64,000 nt of DNA from Terriglobia bacterium. Its GTDB lineage: Bacteria; Acidobacteriota; Terriglobia; 2-12-FULL-54-10. The stretch covers positions 1,856,001 to 1,920,000 of the forward strand of contig CAXVYR010000004.1 in the NCBI GenBank assembly GCA_963666975.2. The letters are read 5' to 3'. Position 1 is the stretch's first letter, and each line of letters opens with the position of its first letter. The position numbers were made by a program, and so were the translations under genes. The notes beneath the pieces were generated by a model. The model worked only from the letters and a program-made list of their open reading frames with translations, ran no database searches and was not told the origin of the DNA. Of the stretch, positions 19,301-28,832 are shown piece by piece.

Positions 19301-20397
19301 TTTGCCGGTCTCAAGTGGGGATGGAAAGTTGTTGTTCGGCGGAGGGCCCGGATTTGGAGAGCAAAGCAGTCCAGGGCCGGAAAGCTTGCTGGCGAGACAT
19401 GCGGGCTCTTCTGCGCCTGGGACTCTTCGGGGGGATGCTGTTCGCCGCCCTCGCGATGGGACGTCTGCCGGGATGGGCGCAGGGTTCCTCCGACATGACT
19501 CCACCCCCGGAAGGGATGTCCGTTACCACGCAACTGGAGCAGACCGCCGTCTGGGTGGGCGACCAATTCCGTTATCAGATTCGCGTGGAACACTCTCCCA
19601 ACTTCGAATTCGTGATGGAGAACCTGAATAAGGACAACATCAACATGGATCCCTTCCAGGTCACGGCCGTTGACTGGCATACGGATTCGTTGAAGGACGG
19701 CAACACGCGGCTGTTTTTGGACATCACCCTGGTCAGTTTTGCCACCGGACAGGAAAGCGAGCAAATTCCGCAATACACCCTGTTTTATTTCCGGACTGAC
19801 CGCTCGACAATCGGCGCGGATGATGCGGCAGCCGAGAGTTTGACCGTGCCCGGTCCCATGGTCGGCATGCGAACCACGCTGCCCCCCGACCCCAGCGACA
19901 TTCGCGACGATATGGCGGTCACTAACTGGCCCGGCTCGCGCTGGGTTCTGGGTTACGCAGGATGGATCTGCCTGATGGTCCTGCTGGCCGGGGCGGGGTG
20001 GGAATCATGGCGCTATGCGCAAAGCCGGAAAATCAACAAGGGTCCGGATCGGCGGAAAGCGATGGAGGCCATCCGCTCTCGCTGGGTCCGCACAGTCCCA
20101 TCCGAGTTTTCCGACCCGCAGGTCGTGGCAGAGTTTTATGACAGTTCCTATCAAAACCTCAAGGAATACCTGACCTTCTATCTGGAAACCCCGGCCGAGG
20201 GTTTGACCGCCGACGAGTTGCAGGAAGAGATGCAGCGTCTGGGCACCGATGCTACTTTCGCTCAAAAAGTTGTTACGGTCCTGGGAGCCTGCGAAAATGT
20301 GCGTTACGCGCAAAATGGAGCGGGGCCCGGCGGCGAGGCGGTGCAGAGCACGGCGCAGGATATGAGGGAAATCCTAAGCTTTGGCGCAAAGCAGTAG
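19297..20397 (+). CDS. BatD/MxaA-like membrane protein
   Basis: Signal or TM segment, VWVGDQFRYQIRV beta-domain, second TM, C-terminal LKEYL...LTADEL...ENVRYA. Start either 19297 (ATGA overlap) or 19399. Confidence 0.7.
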   Translation: MICRSQVGMESCCSAEGPDLESKAVQGRKACWRDMRALLRLGLFGGMLFAALAMGRLPGWAQGSSDMTPPPEGMSVTTQLEQTAVWVGDQFRYQIRVEHSPNFEFVMENLNKDNINMDPFQVTAVDWHTDSLKDGNTRLFLDITLVSFATGQESEQIPQYTLFYFRTDRSTIGADDAAAESLTVPGPMVGMRTTLPPDPSDIRDDMAVTNWPGSRWVLGYAGWICLMVLLAGAGWESWRYAQSRKINKGPDRRKAMEAIRSRWVRTVPSEFSDPQVVAEFYDSSYQNLKEYLTFYLETPAEGLTADELQEEMQRLGTDATFAQKVVTVLGACENVRYAQNGAGPGGEAVQSTAQDMREILSFGAKQ

Positions 20398-20421
20398 GAA
20401 CCGGCGCAGTAGGAACAAACG

Positions 20422-21405
20422 ATGACCTTCCAGAACCTGCGGTGGCTTTATTTGGCGGTGCCGTTGCTCGTACTCCTGGTCGGGGTGCGCTTCTGGCGAA
20501 GGCATTACTGGGGCCATTCGCTGGTGGAATATGTGCGGGAGCGCATGGGCAGTCCGAATCCCTTACTTCGGCTGCCTACGCTGCTGGAAGCCCTGGCTAT
20601 GGGATTTCTGCTGGTGGCGCTTCTCGGCCCTGTCTATCCCTTCGTTTTGCAGAGCCTAGAGCGCGGCGGGCTGCAGATTTTATTCGTCCTGGATCTTTCC
20701 CAGAGCATGGAAGAAGGGCTTCGGACACCGGGGTCTCCCGCTCCCGCTCCCCCGCCGCCCGGTCCGGGAGGCGGCGCCGGAAGCAAGATGGCAGCCGTGA
20801 AAGCCAGCGCGGTTGAGTTTGTGCGCAAACGCCAGGGCGACGCCATCGGCTTGGCCGTGTTCTCCAACAATGCCTATCTGGTCACCCCGGCCACGTTCGA
20901 TCACGGCAGCCTTGAGCAGTACCTTCATATGGTGAACTCCCAGACTTTGGTGAATGAAGGTTTTACCGCTATCGGCGAGGGCCTGTACACAGCCAATCGC
21001 TATTTTGATTTCAATGAGCAGCAGGGCGGCCGGCGCAAAGGGCAGGTTGTCATCCTGTTCAGCGACGGGGATCAGAACTACGGCCGGGACCCGATGGAGC
21101 AAATCGAGAAGGCGCGAACGGAAGGCACTCACATCTATTTCATTGGCGTTGCCCTGGAACAGGGGGCGGCCCAGCAGATTGTCGATGGCGTCCTCTCGAC
21201 CGGGGGCAGGTATTTCGACGTTTCCAGCCCGCAGCACCTGGAAGATGCTTTTATAGAGATCGATCAACTGGAAAAAGGCCGATTCTTCACAAAACGATTG
21301 GTGGAGAATGAGCCAGCCTACTTTATCTTCGTTTTGCTGGCGTTGCTGGCGCTGGCTCTGCGGATGCTCCTCAACGGAATTCCTCACTTCGTGGAAATCA
21401 GCTGA
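20422..21405 (+). CDS. VWA-domain membrane protein (BatA/MxaC-like)
   Basis: MIDAS DLSQSM, DAIGLAVFS, TAIGEGL, FSDGD, IDQLEK. TMs at both ends. Confidence 0.88.
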   Translation: MTFQNLRWLYLAVPLLVLLVGVRFWRRHYWGHSLVEYVRERMGSPNPLLRLPTLLEALAMGFLLVALLGPVYPFVLQSLERGGLQILFVLDLSQSMEEGLRTPGSPAPAPPPPGPGGGAGSKMAAVKASAVEFVRKRQGDAIGLAVFSNNAYLVTPATFDHGSLEQYLHMVNSQTLVNEGFTAIGEGLYTANRYFDFNEQQGGRRKGQVVILFSDGDQNYGRDPMEQIEKARTEGTHIYFIGVALEQGAAQQIVDGVLSTGGRYFDVSSPQHLEDAFIEIDQLEKGRFFTKRLVENEPAYFIFVLLALLALALRMLLNGIPHFVEIS

Positions 21406-21490
21406 TTTTCTTCCGGGGCTGCTCTTACTGGAGGCCCGGAAACCTGAATCGTCTCAATTGAAAAAGTATTCTCCGGAACCGCTTGCTGAT

Positions 21491-21561
21491 CCCTCGGCAT
21501 CGCTCCCTTCGGCTATGCTCCCTTCGGCTTCGCTCAGGGCAGGCAGGGCAGGCGGGGCAGG
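21491..21561 (+). repeat. Nested family A repeat: three CCCTTCGGCTWYGCT units then three CRGGGCAGG units
   Basis: Direct reading. Near-identical array at 48042-48113. Confidence 0.85.
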
Positions 21562-21600
21562 CTGCGAGGGAGCGGGTAAATGGTATTTTTCAACAACCTG

Positions 21601-21830
21601 CTAGAGCATTTTTCAAATTGGTGTATAGAGGGAAACTGAGATCTGCGTCAGGGCACGGTTTTAACCGTGCCGAAAAAAGCAGGGGAGGCAGAGCGGCTTT
21701 AGCCGCTGAGGTTCATATGTTTCTATCGGGTCCCGTCAGGGGTTAAACCCCCTAATGGCTGGCCTCGTTGCGGCACGACTGAAGTCGTGCCTTGACGAAC
21801 CCCTATACATCAATCCGTAAAATGCTGTAG
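21601..21830. mobile_element. MITE-like element, 230 bp, with 28-bp imperfect terminal inverted repeats and internal family B hairpins
   Basis: CTAGAGCATTTTTCAAATTGGTGTATAG versus reverse complement of 21803-21830 (CTACAGCATTTTACGGATTGATGTATAG), 23/28 identical. Confidence 0.7.
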
Positions 21831-21891
21831 CGTTGCCGCAAGGTTTCAATGGCAGGAATCCGTCACAAGAAAATCAGAGGAGATACTCAAC

Positions 21892-22272
21892 ATGCTGTGC
21901 AAGCTGGAGCAGGTGATTGTCTGTTGCGCGGAGATGAAACGGTCGGTCGCCTTCTATCGGGACGTGCTCGGGTTTCCGGTGAAGCTCGAATCGCCCGAGT
22001 GGACCGAGTTCCACTGCGGCGGCGTGAAGCTGGCTTTGCGCCTTGCGGTGAGTTCGGAAAAGGAAGGACAGAATCGGCAGGAAGGTCCAGACCGGGCCGG
22101 GGAAGCGCGCCTGGGCTTTGAAGTGCTCGACATCGAAAAGTTTTTTCAGGAAAAAACACAGAGAGGCGCAGTGTTTTCTATTCTCCCCGCCACAACCGAT
22201 TCCGGGCGCAAGCGCGCGGTCTTGCTCGACCCGGACGGCTTGCCCATCTCGGTCACGGAAGAAATTCTCTAG
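21892..22272 (+). CDS. VOC/glyoxalase family protein
   Basis: RSVAFYRDVLGF, WTEF..GGVKLAL, GRKRAVLLDPDG. Confidence 0.88.
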   Translation: MLCKLEQVIVCCAEMKRSVAFYRDVLGFPVKLESPEWTEFHCGGVKLALRLAVSSEKEGQNRQEGPDRAGEARLGFEVLDIEKFFQEKTQRGAVFSILPATTDSGRKRAVLLDPDGLPISVTEEIL

Positions 22273-22310
22273 AAGTTCGGGCAAATCCGGAAACTCTTTT
22301 CCCTGCAGGA

Positions 22311-23339
22311 CTACTTCTCGGCCACAATCAGAGGGGAAGGGGCGGAGACTTCCAGCGTGGTGGTTTTCCGAAAGCCTGCCTTCCGGAGCCAGCCGCGATA
22401 CTCGCGCAAGGTAAATGTGTCGCCCTCGGCGGTGTGCAGGAGCATATTGGCGGCAAACAACAACGGCTGGAGGGGGCCCCGGCGGTCGTCGGCGGGAATC
22501 ATCTCCGCAATGAGGAGCTGTCCCCCGCGCCGCAGTGCGCGGAAACATTTGGCAAACAGCTTGCGGCTGGCGCGCGCCCCCACCGAGTGGCAGATGTGGC
22601 CCAGAAGGATCAGGTCGTAGCCGTTCCTCCCGAAGTCAGCCTCCTCCAAGTTCCCCGGCAAAAAACGATAACGCCGGAGGCAGCCGAAGCGGCGTGCATA
22701 GGCGCGAGCCACGCGCAGGACCGGCGGAGAATCAAGCGCTGTCACTTGGGCTTTTTTGTCTGCCATCGCAAATCCCATCGACCAAGCGGCTGAGCCGGCA
22801 GCCACGTCCAGGATGCGCAGGCCCCGCCGGGTTCTTCCCGCGCCCAGTTTTCGGGCCGCCTCTTGCGAAACAGGGAAGTTGACCGGGAAGAGGGCGCGGA
22901 CCAGCTCGGGAAAAAAGTTTTTTGACCGCTGCGCCATGTTCTCCGGCTGAATGGGACGCCCCGTGCGGACGCTGCGCGCAAGCAGCCGCCAGTCGGCAGC
23001 CAGCAGGTCCGTGTGCTTTGCCATTCCTCCGGCGTATTGGGCGCCGCTCCGGAGCAGGAAGCGCTCCATTTGCGGCAGCAGCCTGTATTTGTTCCGGGCC
23101 CGTCCGAGCAACTTCATGCCCACCAGGGCGTCGAGCAAAATTCGGATTCCCTTCGGCGAGCATCGTGTTGCGCTGGCGACCGAAGCCGCTGCCAGCGGTT
23201 GCCGGGCGAGCGGCTCAAACACACCCAGATCAAAAGCTGCCGAGAGCACGTTGCGGCGGCCAAAGGCCCACAGTTCGTCCCAAATTTGGGCAGCAGCCGT
23301 CCGGGCTGATGGTTTTGGAACTCGGGGGACACATTTCAT
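22311..23339 (-). CDS. SAM-dependent O-methyltransferase with dimerisation domain
   Basis: AAFDLGVFE, ILDVAAGSAAWS, YDLILLGHICH, GGQLLIAE, EYRGWL..AGF. Confidence 0.9.
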   Translation of the reverse strand: MKCVPRVPKPSARTAAAQIWDELWAFGRRNVLSAAFDLGVFEPLARQPLAAASVASATRCSPKGIRILLDALVGMKLLGRARNKYRLLPQMERFLLRSGAQYAGGMAKHTDLLAADWRLLARSVRTGRPIQPENMAQRSKNFFPELVRALFPVNFPVSQEAARKLGAGRTRRGLRILDVAAGSAAWSMGFAMADKKAQVTALDSPPVLRVARAYARRFGCLRRYRFLPGNLEEADFGRNGYDLILLGHICHSVGARASRKLFAKCFRALRRGGQLLIAEMIPADDRRGPLQPLLFAANMLLHTAEGDTFTLREYRGWLRKAGFRKTTTLEVSAPSPLIVAEK

Positions 23340-23354
23340 CGCAGCAGACTCTGC

Positions 23355-23384
23355 AATAAAAAAGCGGGTTCCGAAAAACCCGCT
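23355..23384 (-). terminator. Rho-independent terminator after the miaB-DUF151 operon
   Basis: Minus strand AGCGGGTT-tttcgg-AACCCGCT followed by TTTTTATT. Confidence 0.75.
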
Positions 23385-23418
23385 GAAACTGAGAAAACTA
23401 CGGGAGGTCCCAGGCTGC

Positions 23419-23904
23419 TCACATCTTGTAGCGCCCCATATCTTCGTCGTTCAGATTCTCCAGCCACTTGCTCATTTCTTCGCTGCTCACTTTCTCGGAG
23501 GCCGAACTGGAGACTTTGGAGGACTTCAGCACCGATTCTTCCACATAAATGGGGCAGTCCAGCCGGAGCGCCAGAGCCAGAGCGTCGCTGGGGCGGGAGT
23601 CAATGCTGATGGCTTGCCCGTCTTGCTCCAGCCAGATCAGCGCGTAGAAGGTGTCTTCCCGGAGGTCGTTGACCACCACCTTATGCACGGCGGTGTTCAA
23701 TCCCAGCAGGAGATTTTTGATGAGGTCGTGCGTCATCGGGCGCGGCGTGGCGACCTTTTCAATCTCCAAGGCAATCGCGTTGGCCTCGTAAACCCCCACC
23801 CAAATCGGCAGGACGGCGTTCCCGTTCAGGTCCTTGAGAATCACGATGGGCATGTTCGTCGTGGGATCCATCATCAACCCGCGAATCTTCATTTCAATTT
23901 CCAT
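23419..23904 (-). CDS. Bifunctional nuclease family (DUF151) protein
   Basis: LPIWVGVYEANAIA, RPMTHDL, IDSRPSDALALALR. Confidence 0.93.
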   Translation of the reverse strand: MEIEMKIRGLMMDPTTNMPIVILKDLNGNAVLPIWVGVYEANAIALEIEKVATPRPMTHDLIKNLLLGLNTAVHKVVVNDLREDTFYALIWLEQDGQAISIDSRPSDALALALRLDCPIYVEESVLKSSKVSSSASEKVSSEEMSKWLENLNDEDMGRYKM

Positions 23905-24079
23905 GACTTCACCTCAAAGCGGCAGACGTACCACCGGGATTCAAACCGTCCATTCTATAATCCCACTTTCCGTTTCCCGCCGCCACGAAAAAACAAATCG
24001 AGCAACTTTCAAGTTGACAACTGCTTTCAGGAGTGGGCTGTTTCTCCGGAACGGGGCTTCCAAACAAGCAAGCTGATTC

Positions 24080-25414
24080 TCACACAGCTTCGCCGACCAG
24101 GCTGTTCGGACCGCCTTTGCTGACACGGACGCTGCGGTACTCCCCGACGGCGACCCCACGCTCCAGGGAGGCGGGCACGGTGAAGTTCAGCACCATGTTC
24201 TGGGAGGTTCTGCCTTTCCATTGCTGGTTGTGACTATGATTGCCGCGGCTGTTCCGCCCCTCCACCAGAACTTCCTGCATCGTTCCCACCAGCGCTTCAT
24301 TCCTCTGCCACTGAATCTCCCGCTGCCGCTGCTGGAGCACGCGCAAACGGCGGCCTTTTTCCTCGTCGGGGATGGCGTCTTCCATGCGGAGGGCGGACGT
24401 GTTGGGGCGCGGAGAATACTGGAAGGAGAAAATGGAATCGTAGCCCACCTCGTCGAGCAGGCTCAGGGTCTCGGCGAAGTCCGCCTCGGTCTCCCCTGGA
24501 AAGCCCACAATAATGTCCGTGGTAATGCTGATCGGTCGCCGGGATGCGCGAATCCATCCGATTCGCTCCAAGTATTCCTGCCGCGTGTAGTCCCGCTGCA
24601 TGCGTTCGAGCACCTGGCTGGAGCCGGACTGTACGGGAAGGTGGATGTGGTCGCACAGCGCCGGATGGCTGTCGATGGCCTCCACGATCTCGCGGCGAAA
24701 ATCCAGGGGGTGGGAAGTAGTGAAGCGGACGCGGCGGATTCCGGGCACCTCGGCGACTTGGGACAAAAGCTCCGCGAAGGAGACCGCAGCCGGAGAAGGG
24801 TCGCGGTAGGAGTTGACGTTCTGGCCCAAAAGCTGAATTTCCGTGTAGCCGTCATCGGCCAGCCGCCGCGCTTCTGCCAGCACGCTCTCGATGGTGCGGC
24901 TGCGCTCCGGGCCGCGGGTAAAGGGAACCACGCAGTAGGCGCAGTGCTTGTCGCAGCCTTCGATGATGGTGATGTAGGCGCGGAAGGGATTGTCGCGCTT
25001 GGTGAACTCTGTATCGAAGGTCCGGTCGGTGTCGAGGCTCAGGCCCGTCACGCGGCGCTGGCCGGACTCCAGTTGCACCAGCAGCTCGGAGAAGCGCGAA
25101 TAGCTCGCCGAGCCCGCCACCAGGTTCACGTGAGGCGCGGATGCGAAAATCTTTTCCCCTTCTTGCTGGGCCACGCAGCCGATCACGCCAAACTGCTTGC
25201 CTTCGCCCCGGCCCCGCCGGAACTCGCCCAGCCGGGAGAAGACCTTTTGGGCGGCCTTCTCGCGGATGCTGCACGTGTTGTAAAGAACCAAGTCGGCATC
25301 ATCGGCGTTGTCCACCTGCCGGTAGCCGGAGTTCAGTAAGGTTCCGGCGACTTTTTCCGAGTCGTGCACGTTCATCTGGCAGCCGAAGGTTTCAATGTAA
25401 AAAGATTTTGGCAT
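24080..25414 (-). CDS. miaB: tRNA-i6A37 methylthiotransferase
   Basis: ETFGCQMNVHDSE, NTCSIREKA, EGCDKHCAYC, LLGQNVNSY, FQYSPRPNT, TRAM domain. Confidence 0.97.
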   Translation of the reverse strand: MPKSFYIETFGCQMNVHDSEKVAGTLLNSGYRQVDNADDADLVLYNTCSIREKAAQKVFSRLGEFRRGRGEGKQFGVIGCVAQQEGEKIFASAPHVNLVAGSASYSRFSELLVQLESGQRRVTGLSLDTDRTFDTEFTKRDNPFRAYITIIEGCDKHCAYCVVPFTRGPERSRTIESVLAEARRLADDGYTEIQLLGQNVNSYRDPSPAAVSFAELLSQVAEVPGIRRVRFTTSHPLDFRREIVEAIDSHPALCDHIHLPVQSGSSQVLERMQRDYTRQEYLERIGWIRASRRPISITTDIIVGFPGETEADFAETLSLLDEVGYDSIFSFQYSPRPNTSALRMEDAIPDEEKGRRLRVLQQRQREIQWQRNEALVGTMQEVLVEGRNSRGNHSHNQQWKGRTSQNMVLNFTVPASLERGVAVGEYRSVRVSKGGPNSLVGEAV

Positions 25415-25683
25415 GGTCTAGTGTTCCGTGCTCAGTGTTCCCGCACCGCTTGGAGGGAATTTTCAAACTCCACCCGAGGAAATTATATCACCATTTTTGA
25501 GGAGGCCGTCTCGGGGCCAAAAATTGTGCAACGGGTTAGCTTGCTGGTGTCGGCATGTTCCCGGGAAAAAAGTGGTAGCCACGGCAAATTGGAACTGCCG
25601 ATTTAGCGTGGCTACCAGACGCCTGCGGCACGGATTGACTCGGCTTCCGGTGAGCTTTGGTCTGCACTATCACGGGAACCGCT

Positions 25684-27498
25684 CTAGTATCTGTAATCCA
25701 CCAGCAGTTGAGCCCGGTTAGATAAGCCCCCCCATTGCGGCAGCAGCAGCGGTTCCGGATTCCTCACCTGAACGGAATACGTGCCGGCCCGGACGATGAG
25801 GCTCGCGTCGATGGTCAGTTTCAATTCCGCTTTGCTCACGCGCTCGAACTGTATCGGCGCGCCATCGAAAAACACACGTGATTTGCTCGTAAAGCCGACT
25901 CCTTTGACTGTCAGGGTCAGCGTCGGGTCCCCCTCGGTGACCAGGGTAGGCGAGATGGATTCGATCCCCGGCGGCGGCTGCCCGAATGCCGTGGTCCGCA
26001 TCGACTCCGATTCTCTCTTGAGAGCCCGCACCCATGTGCCGCCTTCCAACAACGCGCCCTCAAAAGGAGTCTGAAACGACGGATGGTACCCCCGGTCGAT
26101 CACCTTGCCGTCCTGGATCACCCACTCGATCTGTTGCAGGTTGCCGATGTCCTGCAAGGGGTCGGCATTGACGATGACCACATCCGCCAGTTTCCCCGCC
26201 TCGATGGTTCCCAGATGGTCGAGCTGCCGGAACCCTTCGGCTATATTTCGTGTCGCCGCCTGGATCACCTGCATCGGGGTCAGGCCCGCTTCGATCAACA
26301 ATTCAAACTCGTGATGCAATCCGATGCCTGCCACGGCCCAGCCCAAGCCCGAAGTATCCGTTCCAGCCAATACTTTCCCGCCAGCCTGCGCGAACATTCC
26401 AATGAACCGCTGCATGTTCTGAAAACCTTTTTTTCGCATCTCCCGCTGCGCAGGCTCCATATCGTCAAACTCCGTGTAGTTTCCCATCCACTTCAGGCGG
26501 GTCCTCTCCGGAAAATAGGCGAGCCCCGGATCGTTCAGCAGGCGGTAATCCTGTACTTCCCACTCGTCGCGCTTTTCGTGAAAACCCCGCCCTTCGCAAA
26601 CCAGGTCGGGTTCCAAATAAACATTCCGCTCGATCAATAGCTGGATCATCTCCGCCGCCTTCGCTTCGTCCATATCCGAAAAAGGCGTTGGATTCAGGGA
26701 GTGCTCTTCGATGTAGCCCCACCCTTCCCACTGGGAAGGGTCTCTGGCAACCGAGATACTGATTCCCGCAGCGTGCTCCAGGATATCGGCCCCCGCCAGA
26801 ACCGCTTCCCTGGCGTACACCGTGGGGCCAATCGGCTGCGCCACCAAGGGCAAGCCCGCTCTGTGAGCCTCCTCGGCGGCTGCCTGATAGACCTCCACCG
26901 GCGGCCCCCGGTGCACCTTGATCATATCCGCCCCCGCCTCGGCAAACCTCCGGGTCACATCCCTTGCCTGCGCGGCCGTCCCGATCACCATGCGGGAAGA
27001 CAGCGTCATATCCTCGGCACTCCTGCCGCCCAGAGCGGCAATCCGGCCACCCGCCAGGCTTCCCACCGCCAGAAATAGCCTGGGTCCGGGGATCTTGCCC
27101 CGCGTAATCGCCTCCCGCCGGACCAGCCCTAATTCCCCGCCGCCGCCGATCTCAAAGACCGACGTGACGCCGTGGGTGAGGAGCAGCTCCGCCAAAAAAT
27201 CCTGGTAGTGAACATGCGCGTCCATCAAACCGGGGAGAATAAATTTCCCATCGGCTTGCAGCACCCTGGCGCCCGCGGGATATTGGGCTTGCCCCTTGCG
27301 GGACACGGTCTCGATCCGGTTGCCCCGGATGATAATCAGGGCATCTGCAACGGGCGCGCCGCCGTTGCCGTCAATCAAGGTGCCTCCCTCGATCACGAGA
27401 ACGGCCGGCTGCTCCTGCTGGGCAGCGGCGGGGACAGAATTAAACCAGGAAAAAAGGAAGCAAGAAATTACAAGCGAGTAACGGATGGGTCTGTTCAT
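25684..27498 (-). CDS. Secreted amidohydrolase-family protein with a C-terminal IPT/TIG-like domain
   Basis: Signal peptide, GKFILPGLMDAHVH, LAGTD, GTIEAGKLAD. C-terminal ISPT...TLTVKGVGF...VQVRNP. Confidence 0.88.
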   Translation of the reverse strand: MNRPIRYSLVISCFLFSWFNSVPAAAQQEQPAVLVIEGGTLIDGNGGAPVADALIIIRGNRIETVSRKGQAQYPAGARVLQADGKFILPGLMDAHVHYQDFLAELLLTHGVTSVFEIGGGGELGLVRREAITRGKIPGPRLFLAVGSLAGGRIAALGGRSAEDMTLSSRMVIGTAAQARDVTRRFAEAGADMIKVHRGPPVEVYQAAAEEAHRAGLPLVAQPIGPTVYAREAVLAGADILEHAAGISISVARDPSQWEGWGYIEEHSLNPTPFSDMDEAKAAEMIQLLIERNVYLEPDLVCEGRGFHEKRDEWEVQDYRLLNDPGLAYFPERTRLKWMGNYTEFDDMEPAQREMRKKGFQNMQRFIGMFAQAGGKVLAGTDTSGLGWAVAGIGLHHEFELLIEAGLTPMQVIQAATRNIAEGFRQLDHLGTIEAGKLADVVIVNADPLQDIGNLQQIEWVIQDGKVIDRGYHPSFQTPFEGALLEGGTWVRALKRESESMRTTAFGQPPPGIESISPTLVTEGDPTLTLTVKGVGFTSKSRVFFDGAPIQFERVSKAELKLTIDASLIVRAGTYSVQVRNPEPLLLPQWGGLSNRAQLLVDYRY

Positions 27499-27650
27499 CG
27501 TGCCCCTCCTAGGTGTCCTTTATAAGGTGTTCCTGCCTGCCGGTGGTGAGGGTAGATTGTCATCACGCGTGAGCCTATCACTTATCCGTGCCGTCAGCCA
27601 ATAGCACAGGCCCGGCAAGGCCGGCCACAGCCAGTCCAGGCACGGCTGGA

Positions 27651-27790
27651 GAGTCTGTGTGAAAACTACCCTTGATAAGTTTGTATAATGTGCCTCAAGG
27701 AGACGCGATGAGATTTTTGACCTGCAACCCCGAGCAAGGCTATCTGCTGCCGCCCAGCGTGCACGAGGTACTGGGGGAGGAACACGTCCC
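27651..27790 (+). mobile_element. Remnant of an IS1182-family element (left end and transposase N-terminus)
   Basis: RBS aaggag, then ATG at 27708: MRFLTCNPEQGYLLPPSVHEVLGEEH, resembling the IS1182 LLPPS...L...H N-terminus. Similarity is lost after that. Confidence 0.7.
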
Positions 27791-27964
27791 GCTGTGGCGG
27801 CATGGTGTGCATGGGGGAGTCTGGCGGTGTTGACCGGGCTGACCGCCTTGCTGATCTTGGCGAGAATATTCCGAATCGAGTTCTTTCGCGCCTAGCGGGG
27901 GCAGATTTTCTTTCGTGCAGTGACCCCGGAAGTTGCCTGAGCTGTCCTCCAAAAGAGCGCCTTC

Positions 27965-28627
27965 TTAATTACCGGCGAAGCAGTAGAACAATCCGTCGCC
28001 GCCTGAGCTTTGCAAGGCTTCCTGGCTGCAGCCTCTGGATGGGTGCGTCGAGTTCCACGACGTGCTGCCGCCGCCCTGGCGGTCGTGATGGCCGACCATG
28101 GCGCTGCCCGCATCGCTGCTGGTCCAATTCCGGCAGGTCCGGTCCTCGCTGCCCGCAATCGCCCTGCCGTGTGAATCGGAGCCCGTCAGGATATCGTGCC
28201 GGTTGGGGCTGTCTCCTCGGCCGTTGACTACCTCGCCTTTCTCGTTCAGCGCCGTGTCCTTGAAAAGATAGTTGCGGTCGCGTTCGATGTCCCCGTGCAG
28301 GTCGGCGACGTTTGGAGCGATGCGGACCCCCTTGGCGTTGTGCCACGGTCCCTGGCCGATGCGGTCGCGGGCATGGACGGCTGCCTGTCCGCCGGAAGCG
28401 CTGGTGCTGAGGTAGGCGCGCCATGTGCGATCGCCTGCCCCCGCTGCTGCGGCCAGCATCTGGCAGTGCCTGTCGGCTCCGGCCAAGCCGCCCAGATTGG
28501 CTCCATTGCCTGGCCCCGTGCTCGTGACGAAGAAGCTCATCGGGGCGTCTTGCGCAAGCACCCAGTACGAGCCCAGCACAGCCAGCAGGACCGCAGCAAC
28601 TACATATTGCATCTTACTCATATGCAT
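27965..28627 (-). CDS. Secreted lectin-like (endostatin/C-type lectin-like fold) protein
   Basis: Signal peptide, FFVTS..GNGANLGGLAGADRHCQ.LA, WRAYLS, HDILTGS, SWNSTH.SRGC, LFYCFA. Confidence 0.8.
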   Translation of the reverse strand: MHMSKMQYVVAAVLLAVLGSYWVLAQDAPMSFFVTSTGPGNGANLGGLAGADRHCQMLAAAAGAGDRTWRAYLSTSASGGQAAVHARDRIGQGPWHNAKGVRIAPNVADLHGDIERDRNYLFKDTALNEKGEVVNGRGDSPNRHDILTGSDSHGRAIAGSEDRTCRNWTSSDAGSAMVGHHDRQGGGSTSWNSTHPSRGCSQEALQSSGGDGLFYCFAGN

Positions 28628-28832
28628 GTCGGTTCTCCTTCACGATGTTGTTTTGATGATGACCGCCCATGTCGGTTCGCCTTCTGCCGGTGGCTAGGGT
28701 AATACAAAATCGCGAGCCACATGCAGGCTTGGGCCGCTCCGGCAGCGCAGGGACGCACAGCAATTCTCCAGCGCAGGGGCTACTACCGCCACGCCCCTGC
28801 AACGGACAGAATATTCCGCGCCCTGATTCAGG

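Noticed and set aside
15592-21405. Calling the operon a methanol-oxidation (mxa) cluster
   Set aside because: No mxaF, mxaJ, mxaG or mxaI in the window; family resemblance alone does not show methylotrophy.
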